Shown: positions 54,256-63,164 of the stretch, one piece after another
How positions within the stretch are numbered: the stretch's first letter is position 1
Layout: every line of letters begins with the position of its first letter
Assembly (NCBI GenBank): GCA_964195995.1
Contig: CAXMQS010000049.1
Coordinates: 407-64,406 of the forward strand
DNA: 64,000 nucleotides
DNA from: an uncultured Acidimicrobiia bacterium
GTDB lineage: Bacteria > Actinomycetota > Acidimicrobiia > Spongiisociales > JAOTWH01
Direction: 5' to 3'
Program-made: the position numbers and the translations under genes
Notes under the pieces: generated by a model
The model's input: only the letters and a program-made list of their open reading frames with translations
Databases searched by the model: none
Told to the model about the DNA's origin: nothing

Positions 54256-56469
54256 CTACAGCCCGACGATGTCCTCGGGACGCACCGGCACTCGAGTAAG
54301 CGGCTTGCCGGTGGCGTTGCGAATGGCGGCGACGACGGCTGGGGTGGAGCTGATGGTTGGCGATTCGGCAATCCCCTTGGCGCCGAATGGCCCAAAGCCG
54401 CCTTCCTCTTCGAGAAGCACCATGTCGACGGTGGGGGCATCGAGGAACGTCGGCAGCAGGTAGTCGGTGAAGTTGGCGTTGAGCATCTTGCCGTCACGCA
54501 GCACGATCTCTTCCATGATGGCCAGGCCGACGCCCTGCATGGTCCCGCCCTCCATCTGACCGACGACAGACGTCGGGTTCAACACCTTGCCGACATCCTG
54601 CACGGTGTCGACGCTGATCACTCGCACCAGACCGAGCTCTTCGTCGACGTCGACGACGGCGCGGTGGCCGGCGATGCCGAAATCGACGTGGACGTCGCCG
54701 TGGAAGTTCTCATCGGGCGGGCTGGTTGGGGGATGCCGGTAGGTGGCCAGGAACTCCACCGGCCCGTCGGCGCAGACCTGATCCAGGGTCGCCACCACCT
54801 CGCCGTCTTTGTGTACGCCGTCGTCGAAGAGGTCGTCGCCATCCCACTGCTCCAGGACCTTGTCGCGCAGGCCGACGCAGGCTGCGTACACCGCTCCCCC
54901 GGTCATCGGGGTCTGACGACTGGCCGAGGTTGAGCCGGCCGAGCCGATGAGTGACGTGTCGTCGAAGACCCAGGCGACATGGCTGAGCCCGAGCACGGTA
55001 CGGCCGACCTGCTGCATCGCGTTGATCATGCCCTGGCCGCATTCCACCGAGGCGGCGTGGATCTCGGCACCGGCCGGGTTGAGGATCATGCGGACCTCGG
55101 TCGAATCGTCGAAACCCTCCGAGAACATGAGGTTCTTTAGCCCCAGTGCGTAGCCGACGCCCCGCTTCACTGAGGAGCGCTCCGTAGTCAGCCCGGTGCC
55201 GCCCGGGAGGTGGCGGGGGTCGTCGCTGTCCAGGGCGGGCGGAAGCGGCATCGCCAACAACTCCTCGATCACCTTGTCCGTCGGCAGTGGGCGATCGAAC
55301 CGCTGGCCCGATGTCGGCATGTGATCGCCCTGGACCAGCATGTTCCTTCGTCGCAGGTCCATTGGGTCCATCTCGAGGGCAGCGGCCAGCTTGTCCATCT
55401 GAGCCTCAGACCCAAAACAGGACTGGACCGCCCCGAAGCCTCGCATGGCGCCACACGGCGGGTTGTTGGTCCTCGTCCCGAAGCCGTGGATGGCAACCGA
55501 CGGCACCTTGTAGGGACCCACTGCGAAGTAGGTGGCGTTGGCGAGGACCGGCCCGGTGGTCGAGGCGTAGGCGCCGCCATCGAGGATGAGCTTGGCCTCG
55601 ACGCGCACCAGGTTGCCCTCGGCATCGGCCTCGTGGCGATACCACATCCGTGATGGGTGCCTATGGACATGGCCCACGAAGCTCTCGCCACGGTCGTAGT
55701 GGAACTTGACGGGACGACCGGTCCGCAGTGCCAACAAGCAGGCGTGGATCTGCAGGCTGATGTCCTCCCGGGATCCGAATGCGCCGCCCAGCCCGCCGGG
55801 GTGGACACGCAGCTGGTCCGGCTCGAGGCCGAGACACGGCAACATCTGTTCGTGATCGGCATGGACCCACTGGGTGGGCGCATAGAGATCCACACCACCC
55901 TCGCCGTCGGGGATCGCCAGCCCGGCCTCCGTACCCAGCGGGGCCTGGTCCTGCATGGCGGTCTCGTAGTAACCCTCGACCACTACCTCCCCTCGCAGCT
56001 CCTGATCGCCGGAGCGCAGATCCATCTCGCGAAAGACCTCACCGGCTGCGACGGCCTCCTCGGAATCGATCAGCGGCTCCAACTCCTCGAACTCAACATC
56101 GATGGCAGCCACCGCCCGCCGTGCCGTCTCGGGGTCATCGGCGGCGACGATGGCAGCGGGTTCGCCCCAGTAGTTCGTGATCTCGTGGGCCAGCACCGGT
56201 TGATCGGCGTCAACGAGTCCGAAGGTCTTATCGCCGGGCACGTCGTCGTGTGTGAGTACTGCATGGACGCCCGGCATCGCTAATGCTGGGGCGATGTCGA
56301 GGCGAACGATCCGCGCCTTGGCGTAGGGACTGCGCAGGGTTGCCCCATGGAGCATCCCTTCTGCGTACAGGTCGTTGAGGAAGGCGAAGTCACCCTGAAG
56401 CTTGGCAACCCCGTCGGGACGGATGGTGCTCTCGCCGATGCCGCCCTTGACTCTTTGGTCGGTGGTCAT
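54256..56469 (-). CDS. xanthine dehydrogenase family molybdopterin-binding large subunit
   Basis: ORF track 737 aa. Aldehyde oxidase/XDH a/b-hammerhead and MoCo-binding domains (GGLGGAFGSRED, GFGAKGIAESP). Confidence 0.92.
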   Translation of the reverse strand: MTTDQRVKGGIGESTIRPDGVAKLQGDFAFLNDLYAEGMLHGATLRSPYAKARIVRLDIAPALAMPGVHAVLTHDDVPGDKTFGLVDADQPVLAHEITNYWGEPAAIVAADDPETARRAVAAIDVEFEELEPLIDSEEAVAAGEVFREMDLRSGDQELRGEVVVEGYYETAMQDQAPLGTEAGLAIPDGEGGVDLYAPTQWVHADHEQMLPCLGLEPDQLRVHPGGLGGAFGSREDISLQIHACLLALRTGRPVKFHYDRGESFVGHVHRHPSRMWYRHEADAEGNLVRVEAKLILDGGAYASTTGPVLANATYFAVGPYKVPSVAIHGFGTRTNNPPCGAMRGFGAVQSCFGSEAQMDKLAAALEMDPMDLRRRNMLVQGDHMPTSGQRFDRPLPTDKVIEELLAMPLPPALDSDDPRHLPGGTGLTTERSSVKRGVGYALGLKNLMFSEGFDDSTEVRMILNPAGAEIHAASVECGQGMINAMQQVGRTVLGLSHVAWVFDDTSLIGSAGSTSASRQTPMTGGAVYAACVGLRDKVLEQWDGDDLFDDGVHKDGEVVATLDQVCADGPVEFLATYRHPPTSPPDENFHGDVHVDFGIAGHRAVVDVDEELGLVRVISVDTVQDVGKVLNPTSVVGQMEGGTMQGVGLAIMEEIVLRDGKMLNANFTDYLLPTFLDAPTVDMVLLEEEGGFGPFGAKGIAESPTISSTPAVVAAIRNATGKPLTRVPVRPEDIVGL

Positions 56470-56930
56470 GCGTTCTCCTCAGCCAGTGCTTCGAGGCCAC
56501 GCAGAATGGCGCCGTATCCGGTGCAGCGGCAGATGTTGCCCGACAGCTCCTCGCGGATCTCATCCGATGACGGGCTCGGGTTCTCTTCGAAGAGATGGGC
56601 GGCCGCCACCACGAACCCCGGTGTGCAGAATCCGCACTGCACGCCACCGGCTTCAAGCATGGCCTCTTGCACCGGATGCAGCGAGCTCTCGTCGGACAAC
56701 CCCTCGACCGTTGTCACCACAGAGCCCTCGGCATCGGCCGCCATCACCAGGCAGGAGCAGACGGCCTCGCCGTCGAGGATGACGGTGCACGACCCGCACT
56801 CCCCTTGCTCACAGGCCGGCTTGGAGCCCGGCAACGCCAGATACTCACGCAACACCGTAAGAAGGCTCTCCGACCCGGTGACGGAGGCGTGCCGGTCCTC
56901 GCCGTTGATCTTGAGCGACAGGTCCGTCAC
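56466..56930 (-). CDS. (2Fe-2S)-binding small subunit of the XDH-family enzyme
   Basis: GTG 56930 (GTGA overlap with the upstream stop; GGAGAGG upstream). CEQGECGSCTV and CGFCTPG...CRCTGY cluster motifs. 154 aa. Confidence 0.92.
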   Translation of the reverse strand: MTDLSLKINGEDRHASVTGSESLLTVLREYLALPGSKPACEQGECGSCTVILDGEAVCSCLVMAADAEGSVVTTVEGLSDESSLHPVQEAMLEAGGVQCGFCTPGFVVAAAHLFEENPSPSSDEIREELSGNICRCTGYGAILRGLEALAEENA

Positions 56931-57724
56931 AGGCACCTCTCCAGGAGACGACGAGCCAGAACCCCCGAGGCGTGGCGGCGGTAGGCCTCGGTAGAGCGGT
57001 GGTCGGTTATCGGCATGACCTCTTCCGACACCAGCCGCGCGAACTCGGCGCGGGCGGCTTCTGAAGGATGCGCCTCGGCGGAGATCATGGCCTCGGCCCT
57101 GCGGGGTCGCAACGGCGTCGGCGCTACCGAACCGAGGGCGATGGTCGTCGTGCCGTCCTCGGCGCGGAAGAGGCACGCCGACACGGTGGAGATGACCATG
57201 GCATTGCGAACGCCGATCTTGGCGAAGGCCTGTCTGTCGGGGACGTCCTCGGGAAGGATGGCAGCGGTGATGATCTCGTTGGGTTGGCAGGCATTCTTCT
57301 TGACTCCTGTGATGAACTCGTCCCACCGCATGGTTCGGGTCCCTGCGACCGACGCCAGTTCGATCTCCGCGTCGAGGGCGGCCAGGAATGGCAAGGCATC
57401 GCCGGCCGGGCTGGCGGTCCCGAGGTTGCCGCCGATGGTTCCGGCGTTACGGATCTGCGGAGAACCGACGGTGCGGCTCAACTCGGCGAGGGCCTTGTGA
57501 GGGCCCTGTTCCAGCCGGCGGTACGTCGCCCCGGAGCCGATGCGCTTGGCATCGAAGTCACGAAGTTCGCCTACGCGGCGAAGGGCGATCACGCTATCCG
57601 GTCGATATCCGCCGAGGTTGACATCAACCATGAGGTCGGTGCCACCTGCGAGCAGCTTGGCCGCGGGGTCCGCCTCGAGGGCTTGCAGCGCCTCGCCGAG
57701 GTCCTGGGGAAGGGTGGCTTGCAC
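56927..57724 (-). CDS. FAD-binding medium subunit of the XDH-family enzyme (CoxM-like)
   Basis: ORF track 265 aa. LLAGGTDLMVDVN and GTIGGNL motifs. GTG start at 57724. Confidence 0.9.
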   Translation of the reverse strand: MQATLPQDLGEALQALEADPAAKLLAGGTDLMVDVNLGGYRPDSVIALRRVGELRDFDAKRIGSGATYRRLEQGPHKALAELSRTVGSPQIRNAGTIGGNLGTASPAGDALPFLAALDAEIELASVAGTRTMRWDEFITGVKKNACQPNEIITAAILPEDVPDRQAFAKIGVRNAMVISTVSACLFRAEDGTTTIALGSVAPTPLRPRRAEAMISAEAHPSEAARAEFARLVSEEVMPITDHRSTEAYRRHASGVLARRLLERCL

Positions 57725-57735
57725 GAGATGAGGCT

Positions 57736-58045
57736 AGCTCCTCCCCCTCTAGGGGGAGGAGCTGCAATATCGGGGGGGTCGCGTTTCCTCCGCCTAGGGG
57801 GAGGTGGCCCGAAGGGCCGGAGGGGGCTTCCTGTTTCCAGGCCTCGCGCAGAAGCCCCCCTCCCCGCCTGCGGCGGGACTCCCCCCTATGGGGGGAGAAA
57901 CAGCAATGTCGGCGGGGTCGCGTTTCCTCCCCCCTAGGGGGAGGTGGCCCGAAGGGCTGGAGGGGGCTTCCTGTTTCCAGGCCTCGCGCAGAAGCCTCCC
58001 TTTCCGCCTGCGGCGTTTCTCCCCCCTTATGGGGGGAGAAACGCG
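57736..58045. repeat. direct repeat with a 139-141 bp period (2 full units plus a partial unit), built from GC-rich hairpins
   Basis: Unit A starts at 57775 and unit B at 57914. The partial unit 57736-57774 matches the 3' end of unit A. Perfect hairpins at 57737-57762 (12 bp) and 58013-58044 (14 bp), and an 8-bp one at 57879-57897. Details are in the findings. Confidence 0.9.
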
Positions 58046-58064
58046 GAGCAACTACCTTGACGCG

Positions 58065-58589
58065 ATGATGATTCGCTCAGAGACCCCGGCCGACATCGAT
58101 GCGATTCGGATCATGACCGATGCAGCCTTCGGTGGGACCACCGAGTCGATGCTCGTTGGCTTGATCCGGGACTCCGAGAGCTTCGTGCCCGGGCTATCTC
58201 TCGTAGCCGTCGAGAATGACGAGGTGCTGGGCCATGTGCTCTTCAGCCATGTGACGCTCGATGGGGAGAACCCTCGCCTGGTCCTGTCGCTGGCGCCCCT
58301 GTCAGTCCATCCCGACCACCAGAACAAGGGGGTCGGCTCAGCGCTGATGGCGGCCGGCATCGAGGCTGTCCGGGCTGCCGGCGAGGACATCATCGTTCTG
58401 GAGGGACACCCCGGCTACTACCCGCGCTTTGGCTTCGAACGCGGAATCGACGTTGGCATCGACAAGCCCGACCCGCGGGTTCCCGACGATGCCTTCATGG
58501 TCTTCTTTGCCGACGAGGCAGCTCGGGGTACGACTGGAAAGATCGTCTACCCCCCGGCGTTCCACGACGCCGGTGCCATCGGGCCCTAG
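58065..58589 (+). CDS. GNAT-family N-acetyltransferase (YhbS-like)
   Basis: MMIRSETPADIDAIRIMTDAAFGG...VHPDHQNKGVGSALM...GYYPRFGF. ATG 58065 inside track ORF 57804..58589, whose 5' part merely translates the repeat. Confidence 0.85.
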   Translation: MMIRSETPADIDAIRIMTDAAFGGTTESMLVGLIRDSESFVPGLSLVAVENDEVLGHVLFSHVTLDGENPRLVLSLAPLSVHPDHQNKGVGSALMAAGIEAVRAAGEDIIVLEGHPGYYPRFGFERGIDVGIDKPDPRVPDDAFMVFFADEAARGTTGKIVYPPAFHDAGAIGP

Positions 58590-59956
58590 ACGGCCTCCAT
58601 CAGCCGCCGAGTCGCCGCCCGATGCTGGGCAGCCACCTCCAACTCGTCGGCGCCGACGAGTTGACCATCCCTGACGACGGCCGCGCCGTGGACGAAGGTA
58701 TTGGCGACGCGCCCAGGGTGGAACAGCACCGCTGCCGCCACCGGGTCCCACTCCGAGCCGGCGTACTCGAACTGGTTGAGATCGATGGTCACGAAGTCGG
58801 CGGCCATGCCGGGCTCGAGCGAACCAACGTCGTCGCGGCCCAGGACCGCAGCCCCGCCGATGGTCCCCAGCTCCAGCACCTGGCGTGCGGTGAGCTGAGC
58901 ACCCTCGCCAATGCCGGGGGCGACGCCGAGACGATTGAGCATCAGGGCCTGACGGGCCTCGGCCAGCATGTGGCTGGAATCGTTGGAAGCCGACCCGTCG
59001 ACACCCAGTCCGGTGGGCACGCCCGCCGCCAGGTATCCGGCGATGGGCGCGATGCCTGAGGCGATGCGCATGTTGGAGGTCGGGCAATGGGCGACGCCGG
59101 TGCCGGCTGCTCCCATGCGCTTGACCTCGTCCGGATTGATGTGAACGCCGTGGGCGAACCACACGTCGTCTCCCATCCACCCGACGTCCTCAGCTAGCTC
59201 GACAGGACGCATGCCGTAGTTGGCGAGGCAGAACTCGTCCTCGTCGAATGTCTCCGCAAGGTGGGTGTGCAGGTGAACGCCTTTGGCGCGCGCCAACTCG
59301 GCGGCGGACCGCATCTCTTGCTTCGTCACTGAGAACGGCGAACACGGCGCCACCACCACCCTCACCATGGCGCCTGGGGAAGCGTCGTGGTGAGAGTCGA
59401 TGGTGCGGGTGGTGTCGGCGAGGATCTCGGCCTCCGTCTGCACGACGGAGTCCGGCGGCAACCCGCCGTCCTTCTCGGACAGGCTCATCGAGCCCCTCGA
59501 GGCGTGGAAGCGCAGGCCGATGTCGGTGGCGGCTCTCACCTGGTCATCGACTGACGATCCGTTGGGCCATAGGTACTGGTGGTCGAAGGCCGTTGTGCAG
59601 CCAGACAGGGCGAGCTCGGCCAGGGCGGTGCGGGTCGCAGTGAAGACGTCTTCAGGGGTGAGGTTGGCCCAAATTGGGTACAGCGTCCGCAGCCAATCGA
59701 AGAGACCAGCGTTCTGGGCGCCGGGCACTCCCCTGGTGAGCGTCTGGTACATGTGGTGATGCGTGTTGACGAGACCGGGCAACACGAGGTGCCCACCCAC
59801 ATCGACAACGGTGTCCGCTGTCTGTGGAAGGTCTGCGGAAGAACCGACCTGGGTAATCCAGCCGTTCTCGGCCAGCAACCCGCCGTCGGCGATCTCGCGA
59901 CGGTCGCCGTCCATCGTCACCAGCACGGCAGCGCCCTTGACGAGCAGGGTGGTCAT
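58586..59956 (-). CDS. 8-oxoguanine deaminase-like amidohydrolase (guanine/cytosine deaminase superfamily)
   Basis: ATG 59956 (ATGA overlap with the upstream stop). MTTLLVKGAAVLVTMDG...LPGLVNTHHHMYQTL...HLAE...GVDGSASND are metal-dependent hydrolase motifs. Confidence 0.8.
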   Translation of the reverse strand: MTTLLVKGAAVLVTMDGDRREIADGGLLAENGWITQVGSSADLPQTADTVVDVGGHLVLPGLVNTHHHMYQTLTRGVPGAQNAGLFDWLRTLYPIWANLTPEDVFTATRTALAELALSGCTTAFDHQYLWPNGSSVDDQVRAATDIGLRFHASRGSMSLSEKDGGLPPDSVVQTEAEILADTTRTIDSHHDASPGAMVRVVVAPCSPFSVTKQEMRSAAELARAKGVHLHTHLAETFDEDEFCLANYGMRPVELAEDVGWMGDDVWFAHGVHINPDEVKRMGAAGTGVAHCPTSNMRIASGIAPIAGYLAAGVPTGLGVDGSASNDSSHMLAEARQALMLNRLGVAPGIGEGAQLTARQVLELGTIGGAAVLGRDDVGSLEPGMAADFVTIDLNQFEYAGSEWDPVAAAVLFHPGRVANTFVHGAAVVRDGQLVGADELEVAAQHRAATRRLMEAV

Positions 59957-61113
59957 GTCATCTCTTCCATTATCTGCACTACGAGCCCGCTCGGTAGCTT
60001 CGGAGCGAACCAAGTGGACTTCGGCGGCATCGTCAGGCCGGCGTCGGCAACGGCCATCACATCGGTGACGGAGGCAGGGAATGGCAGGAACCAGGCCTCA
60101 CACGGAACATGGTGTCCACCGGTGAGCGTGTCGGGTGCGAAGTGCAGGCGGGGATCCTCCCTGGGTTCGGTGACGCCGAACACCGGACCCAGGATGAGAT
60201 CCTGGAGCAGGTTGACGTCGAGGGACCCGTAAAGGTCATCGGGGATCCGGCCGTGATCTACCCGGAGTCGAAAGGCCTTCCCTGCCACCTTCACCCCGAA
60301 CTCGGCCCGGCCGGTTGGCCGGGCCTCGACATCGCTGACTTCCACCAGCTCGTGCTCGGCTCCGATGCGCTCCAGCGCCGCGCCCAGGTTGGCTTCAGGG
60401 TCGACGATGCAACGGGCGAACGCCCGCAGGCGCAACTCAGTCGACGAGAACAGGGCCCCAGGTATGTGAAGATCGGGGATGCCCTCGCGTCTTGCCACGA
60501 GAGCTGCTGCCGCGAAGCGATGATGTCCGTCTGTGATGTAGAGCGCATCGTTGAAGAGGGCACACAGCTTCCACGCCTCGTCGCCCTCGACCGGCCACAG
60601 CGAATGGGCCCAGCCGTCGGCAGCAACGAAGCTGACTGCCGGCTCCCTCCTGGTGTAGGCCTCGATGACGCCGTCCACCTTGGGGTCCGGCCGATGGGCG
60701 AGAGCCACCGGGTTGCCGATCATGCGCATGTTCTGCATGTACGACGCCATCTTCTCCTCGGTTCGGCTGATCGTCTTCTCATGGCGCTTGATAAGCCCCG
60801 ATTCGTAGGCAGGGATAGACACGTCCACAACGATCCCGGTGGCCACGAAGTCCTCCTTGGCCAGGCGATACACGAAGACGGCGGGACCAACCGCGTGCAG
60901 CACACCGGTATCGACACAAGTGCGCAGCCACTCGTTCGCCTCTTCCTTGGACGTCCCGGCGCCGCGCCCGATGACGTGGCGAAAGCTCAGCGGGTCCAGT
61001 CGAGCCGCTTCTCGCTGATCGGGCGACAGCAGGGCGATCGGAGGGCCGACGACTCGATGGGCGTACGAGGACTCAGGAACGAAGCCGGTGAAGGGCTGCA
61101 GCAGCGGCGTCAC
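59953..61113 (-). CDS. DUF1015-domain protein
   Basis: ORF track 386 aa. LQPFTGFVP...ALYITDGHHRFAAA pattern. GTGA overlap with the serC stop. Confidence 0.8.
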   Translation of the reverse strand: MTPLLQPFTGFVPESSYAHRVVGPPIALLSPDQREAARLDPLSFRHVIGRGAGTSKEEANEWLRTCVDTGVLHAVGPAVFVYRLAKEDFVATGIVVDVSIPAYESGLIKRHEKTISRTEEKMASYMQNMRMIGNPVALAHRPDPKVDGVIEAYTRREPAVSFVAADGWAHSLWPVEGDEAWKLCALFNDALYITDGHHRFAAAALVARREGIPDLHIPGALFSSTELRLRAFARCIVDPEANLGAALERIGAEHELVEVSDVEARPTGRAEFGVKVAGKAFRLRVDHGRIPDDLYGSLDVNLLQDLILGPVFGVTEPREDPRLHFAPDTLTGGHHVPCEAWFLPFPASVTDVMAVADAGLTMPPKSTWFAPKLPSGLVVQIMEEMT

Positions 61114-62192
61114 TCGTGCTCCGAAGCGAAGGCTGCCATGAAGTCGACCAGCGTCCCGACGCCGTCCAACGGCATGGCGTTGTAGAGGCTGGCCCTGATC
61201 CCCCCGACCGACCGGTGACCCTTGAGCCCGGATAGGCCTGATTGGGTGGCCTGACGCACGAACTCGGCCTCGAGCTCTGACGACGACAGCCGGAACACGA
61301 CGTTCATGTGCGACCTGTCATCGACAGCGACGGGTGACTTGAAGAAGCCATCGCTGGCGTCGATGGCGTCATAGACAAGTGCCGACCGAGCGGCGGCGCG
61401 CCGTTCGATCTCGTCGATACCGCCCTCGGCCTTCATCCATTCGAGCACCTTGCCCATCATGTACACAGCGAACACGGGCGGCGTGTTGTACATCGACGCC
61501 TTGGAGGCGTGCGAGGAGTAGCGCAGGTAGGCCCCGATGTCGGCATTGCTACTGTCGAGCAGGTCCCGCCGAATGAAGATCAGCGTGGCGCCTGCCGGTC
61601 CCAGGTTCTTCTGGGCACCGCCATAGACCAGGTCGAATAGATCCCACGGGATCCGGCGACTCAGATAGTCAGACGACATGTCGCCGACCAAGGGAATGCC
61701 GGCGTCGGGCCACCGGGTCATGCGGATGCCTCCGATGGTCTCGTTGGAGGTGACGTGGAGATACCGGGTGCCGTCTCTCAGGGCCAGGTCGCCGGCTTGG
61801 GGCATCGACCGATAGCCGTTTTCCTGGCCCGACCAGGCGGCGTAGGCGTCGCCGTAGTAGGCAGCGTCCGCCAGCGCCTTGGAAGCCCACTCGCCGCTGT
61901 CGACATATCCGGCGGGCCTGCCCTCGACCATGAGATTCATCGGTGCCATCGAGAACTGCAGCGTTGCTCCGCCCTGCAGTATCAGCGTCTCGAAGTCATC
62001 TGGCACGCCGAACAGCTCGGCGGCGAGCGCCAGACATCGGTCCTGAACGGCCTCGTACGGCGCTGAGCGGTGGCTCATCTCAATGATCGACATTCCGTTG
62101 CCCTGGTAGTCGACTAGCTCGGCACTGGCCTCCTCGAGGACCGACAGCGGCAGCGTGCACGGACCCGCACTGAAGTTGTGGATGCGAGCCAT
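61110..62192 (-). CDS. serC: 3-phosphoserine/phosphohydroxythreonine aminotransferase
   Basis: ORF track 360 aa. HNFSAGPC...EMSHRS...GGAQKN motifs. Confidence 0.93.
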   Translation of the reverse strand: MARIHNFSAGPCTLPLSVLEEASAELVDYQGNGMSIIEMSHRSAPYEAVQDRCLALAAELFGVPDDFETLILQGGATLQFSMAPMNLMVEGRPAGYVDSGEWASKALADAAYYGDAYAAWSGQENGYRSMPQAGDLALRDGTRYLHVTSNETIGGIRMTRWPDAGIPLVGDMSSDYLSRRIPWDLFDLVYGGAQKNLGPAGATLIFIRRDLLDSSNADIGAYLRYSSHASKASMYNTPPVFAVYMMGKVLEWMKAEGGIDEIERRAAARSALVYDAIDASDGFFKSPVAVDDRSHMNVVFRLSSSELEAEFVRQATQSGLSGLKGHRSVGGIRASLYNAMPLDGVGTLVDFMAAFASEHE

Positions 62193-63142
62193 CAGGTCAC
62201 CGCAACGACATTACGGGCCTCGCCCCTACCGAATGCCTCGACGATGGCAATGACTTCGTCGGCGACCGCGGTTTGGGCCTGGGCGGTGCTGGCACCGATG
62301 TGATGGGTGCCATAGACGTTGGGATGGGACGCCAGCTTGGAATGGAAGGGCCCCGAAGACTCGGCAGGCTCATCTCGGTAGAGGTCGAGGCCCGCCCTCA
62401 TGTCTTTGGCCTCCATGGCCGCTATGAGGGCGTCCTCGTCAACAAGCTCTCCCCGAGACGTGTTGATGAAGATAGATCCGGGTTGCATGTGTCCGAGGAA
62501 CTCGGCGTCAACGAGCACGTCACCCGAGTAAGGGGTGTGAACGGATACCACATCGCAAGTGGCGAGCAGGGTGTCGAGATCCGCAGCCAGGATGATGCCC
62601 GCATCAGCGATGCGGGAGGCGGCCGCCGCCGAGCGCTCCTTGGCCACTCCGTAGACCTGCATGCCGAATGCCGCCGCCCGATGGGCCAGGGCGAGACCGA
62701 TGTTGCCCATGCCGACGATCCCCAACTTCCTTCCCCAGATGCCCCGCGCCGCGGAGAATCTGGCCTTGTCCCACCTACCTGCTCGCAACTCGGAGACGTT
62801 GTCGGGGATGTTGCGATCGATGGCGATGATCAGACCCATCGCCAATTCCGCAACGGCGATGGCATTGCGCCCCGGAACATTCGACACCTGTATGCCCCTA
62901 TCGGTCGCGGCCTTGACGGCGATGGTGTTGGTCCCCGATCCGGCCCTGATGATCAGTTGTAGCGAATCTGCCGACTCCAGGGCCTGCTCGGTGATCCGGG
63001 TGCTGCGGACCACGAGTCCCTCGACGCCGGAGAGAGCGGGACCCAGGTCCGCCAGGGAGGGCTGGACGTCGCACTCGTGACCGGCCGCTTCGAGTAGCTC
63101 GATATGGGATGGCGGGTATTTGTCGGCGAACAGAAGTCTCAC
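62192..63142 (-). CDS. serA: D-3-phosphoglycerate dehydrogenase-like 2-hydroxyacid dehydrogenase (short form)
   Basis: ORF track 316 aa. GIVGMGNIGLALA NAD-binding motif and the catalytic R/E/H region (NTSRGELVDE...THHIGAST). 1-nt overlap with the serC start. Confidence 0.85.
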   Translation of the reverse strand: MRLLFADKYPPSHIELLEAAGHECDVQPSLADLGPALSGVEGLVVRSTRITEQALESADSLQLIIRAGSGTNTIAVKAATDRGIQVSNVPGRNAIAVAELAMGLIIAIDRNIPDNVSELRAGRWDKARFSAARGIWGRKLGIVGMGNIGLALAHRAAAFGMQVYGVAKERSAAAASRIADAGIILAADLDTLLATCDVVSVHTPYSGDVLVDAEFLGHMQPGSIFINTSRGELVDEDALIAAMEAKDMRAGLDLYRDEPAESSGPFHSKLASHPNVYGTHHIGASTAQAQTAVADEVIAIVEAFGRGEARNVVAVT

Positions 63143-63164
63143 GGCCCGAGCCTACCGATGCCTC

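Noticed and set aside
57736-58045. Possible CRISPR array, because of recurring palindromic GC-rich hairpins ending in ...GGGGGGAGAAAC.
   Set aside because: The sequence between the hairpins is itself repeated (period of about 139 bp, roughly 90 percent identical), so there are no unique spacers. Only three hairpin copies exist. No cas genes are in the window.
57794-58064. Coding potential of the repeat: the 5' part of track ORF 57804..58589(+), and ORF 57794..58051(-).
   Set aside because: Both only translate the GC-rich repeat into low-complexity Pro/Gly/Arg sequence. The GNAT domain begins at ATG 58065. The two repeat units differ by single-nt indels that would break any frame.
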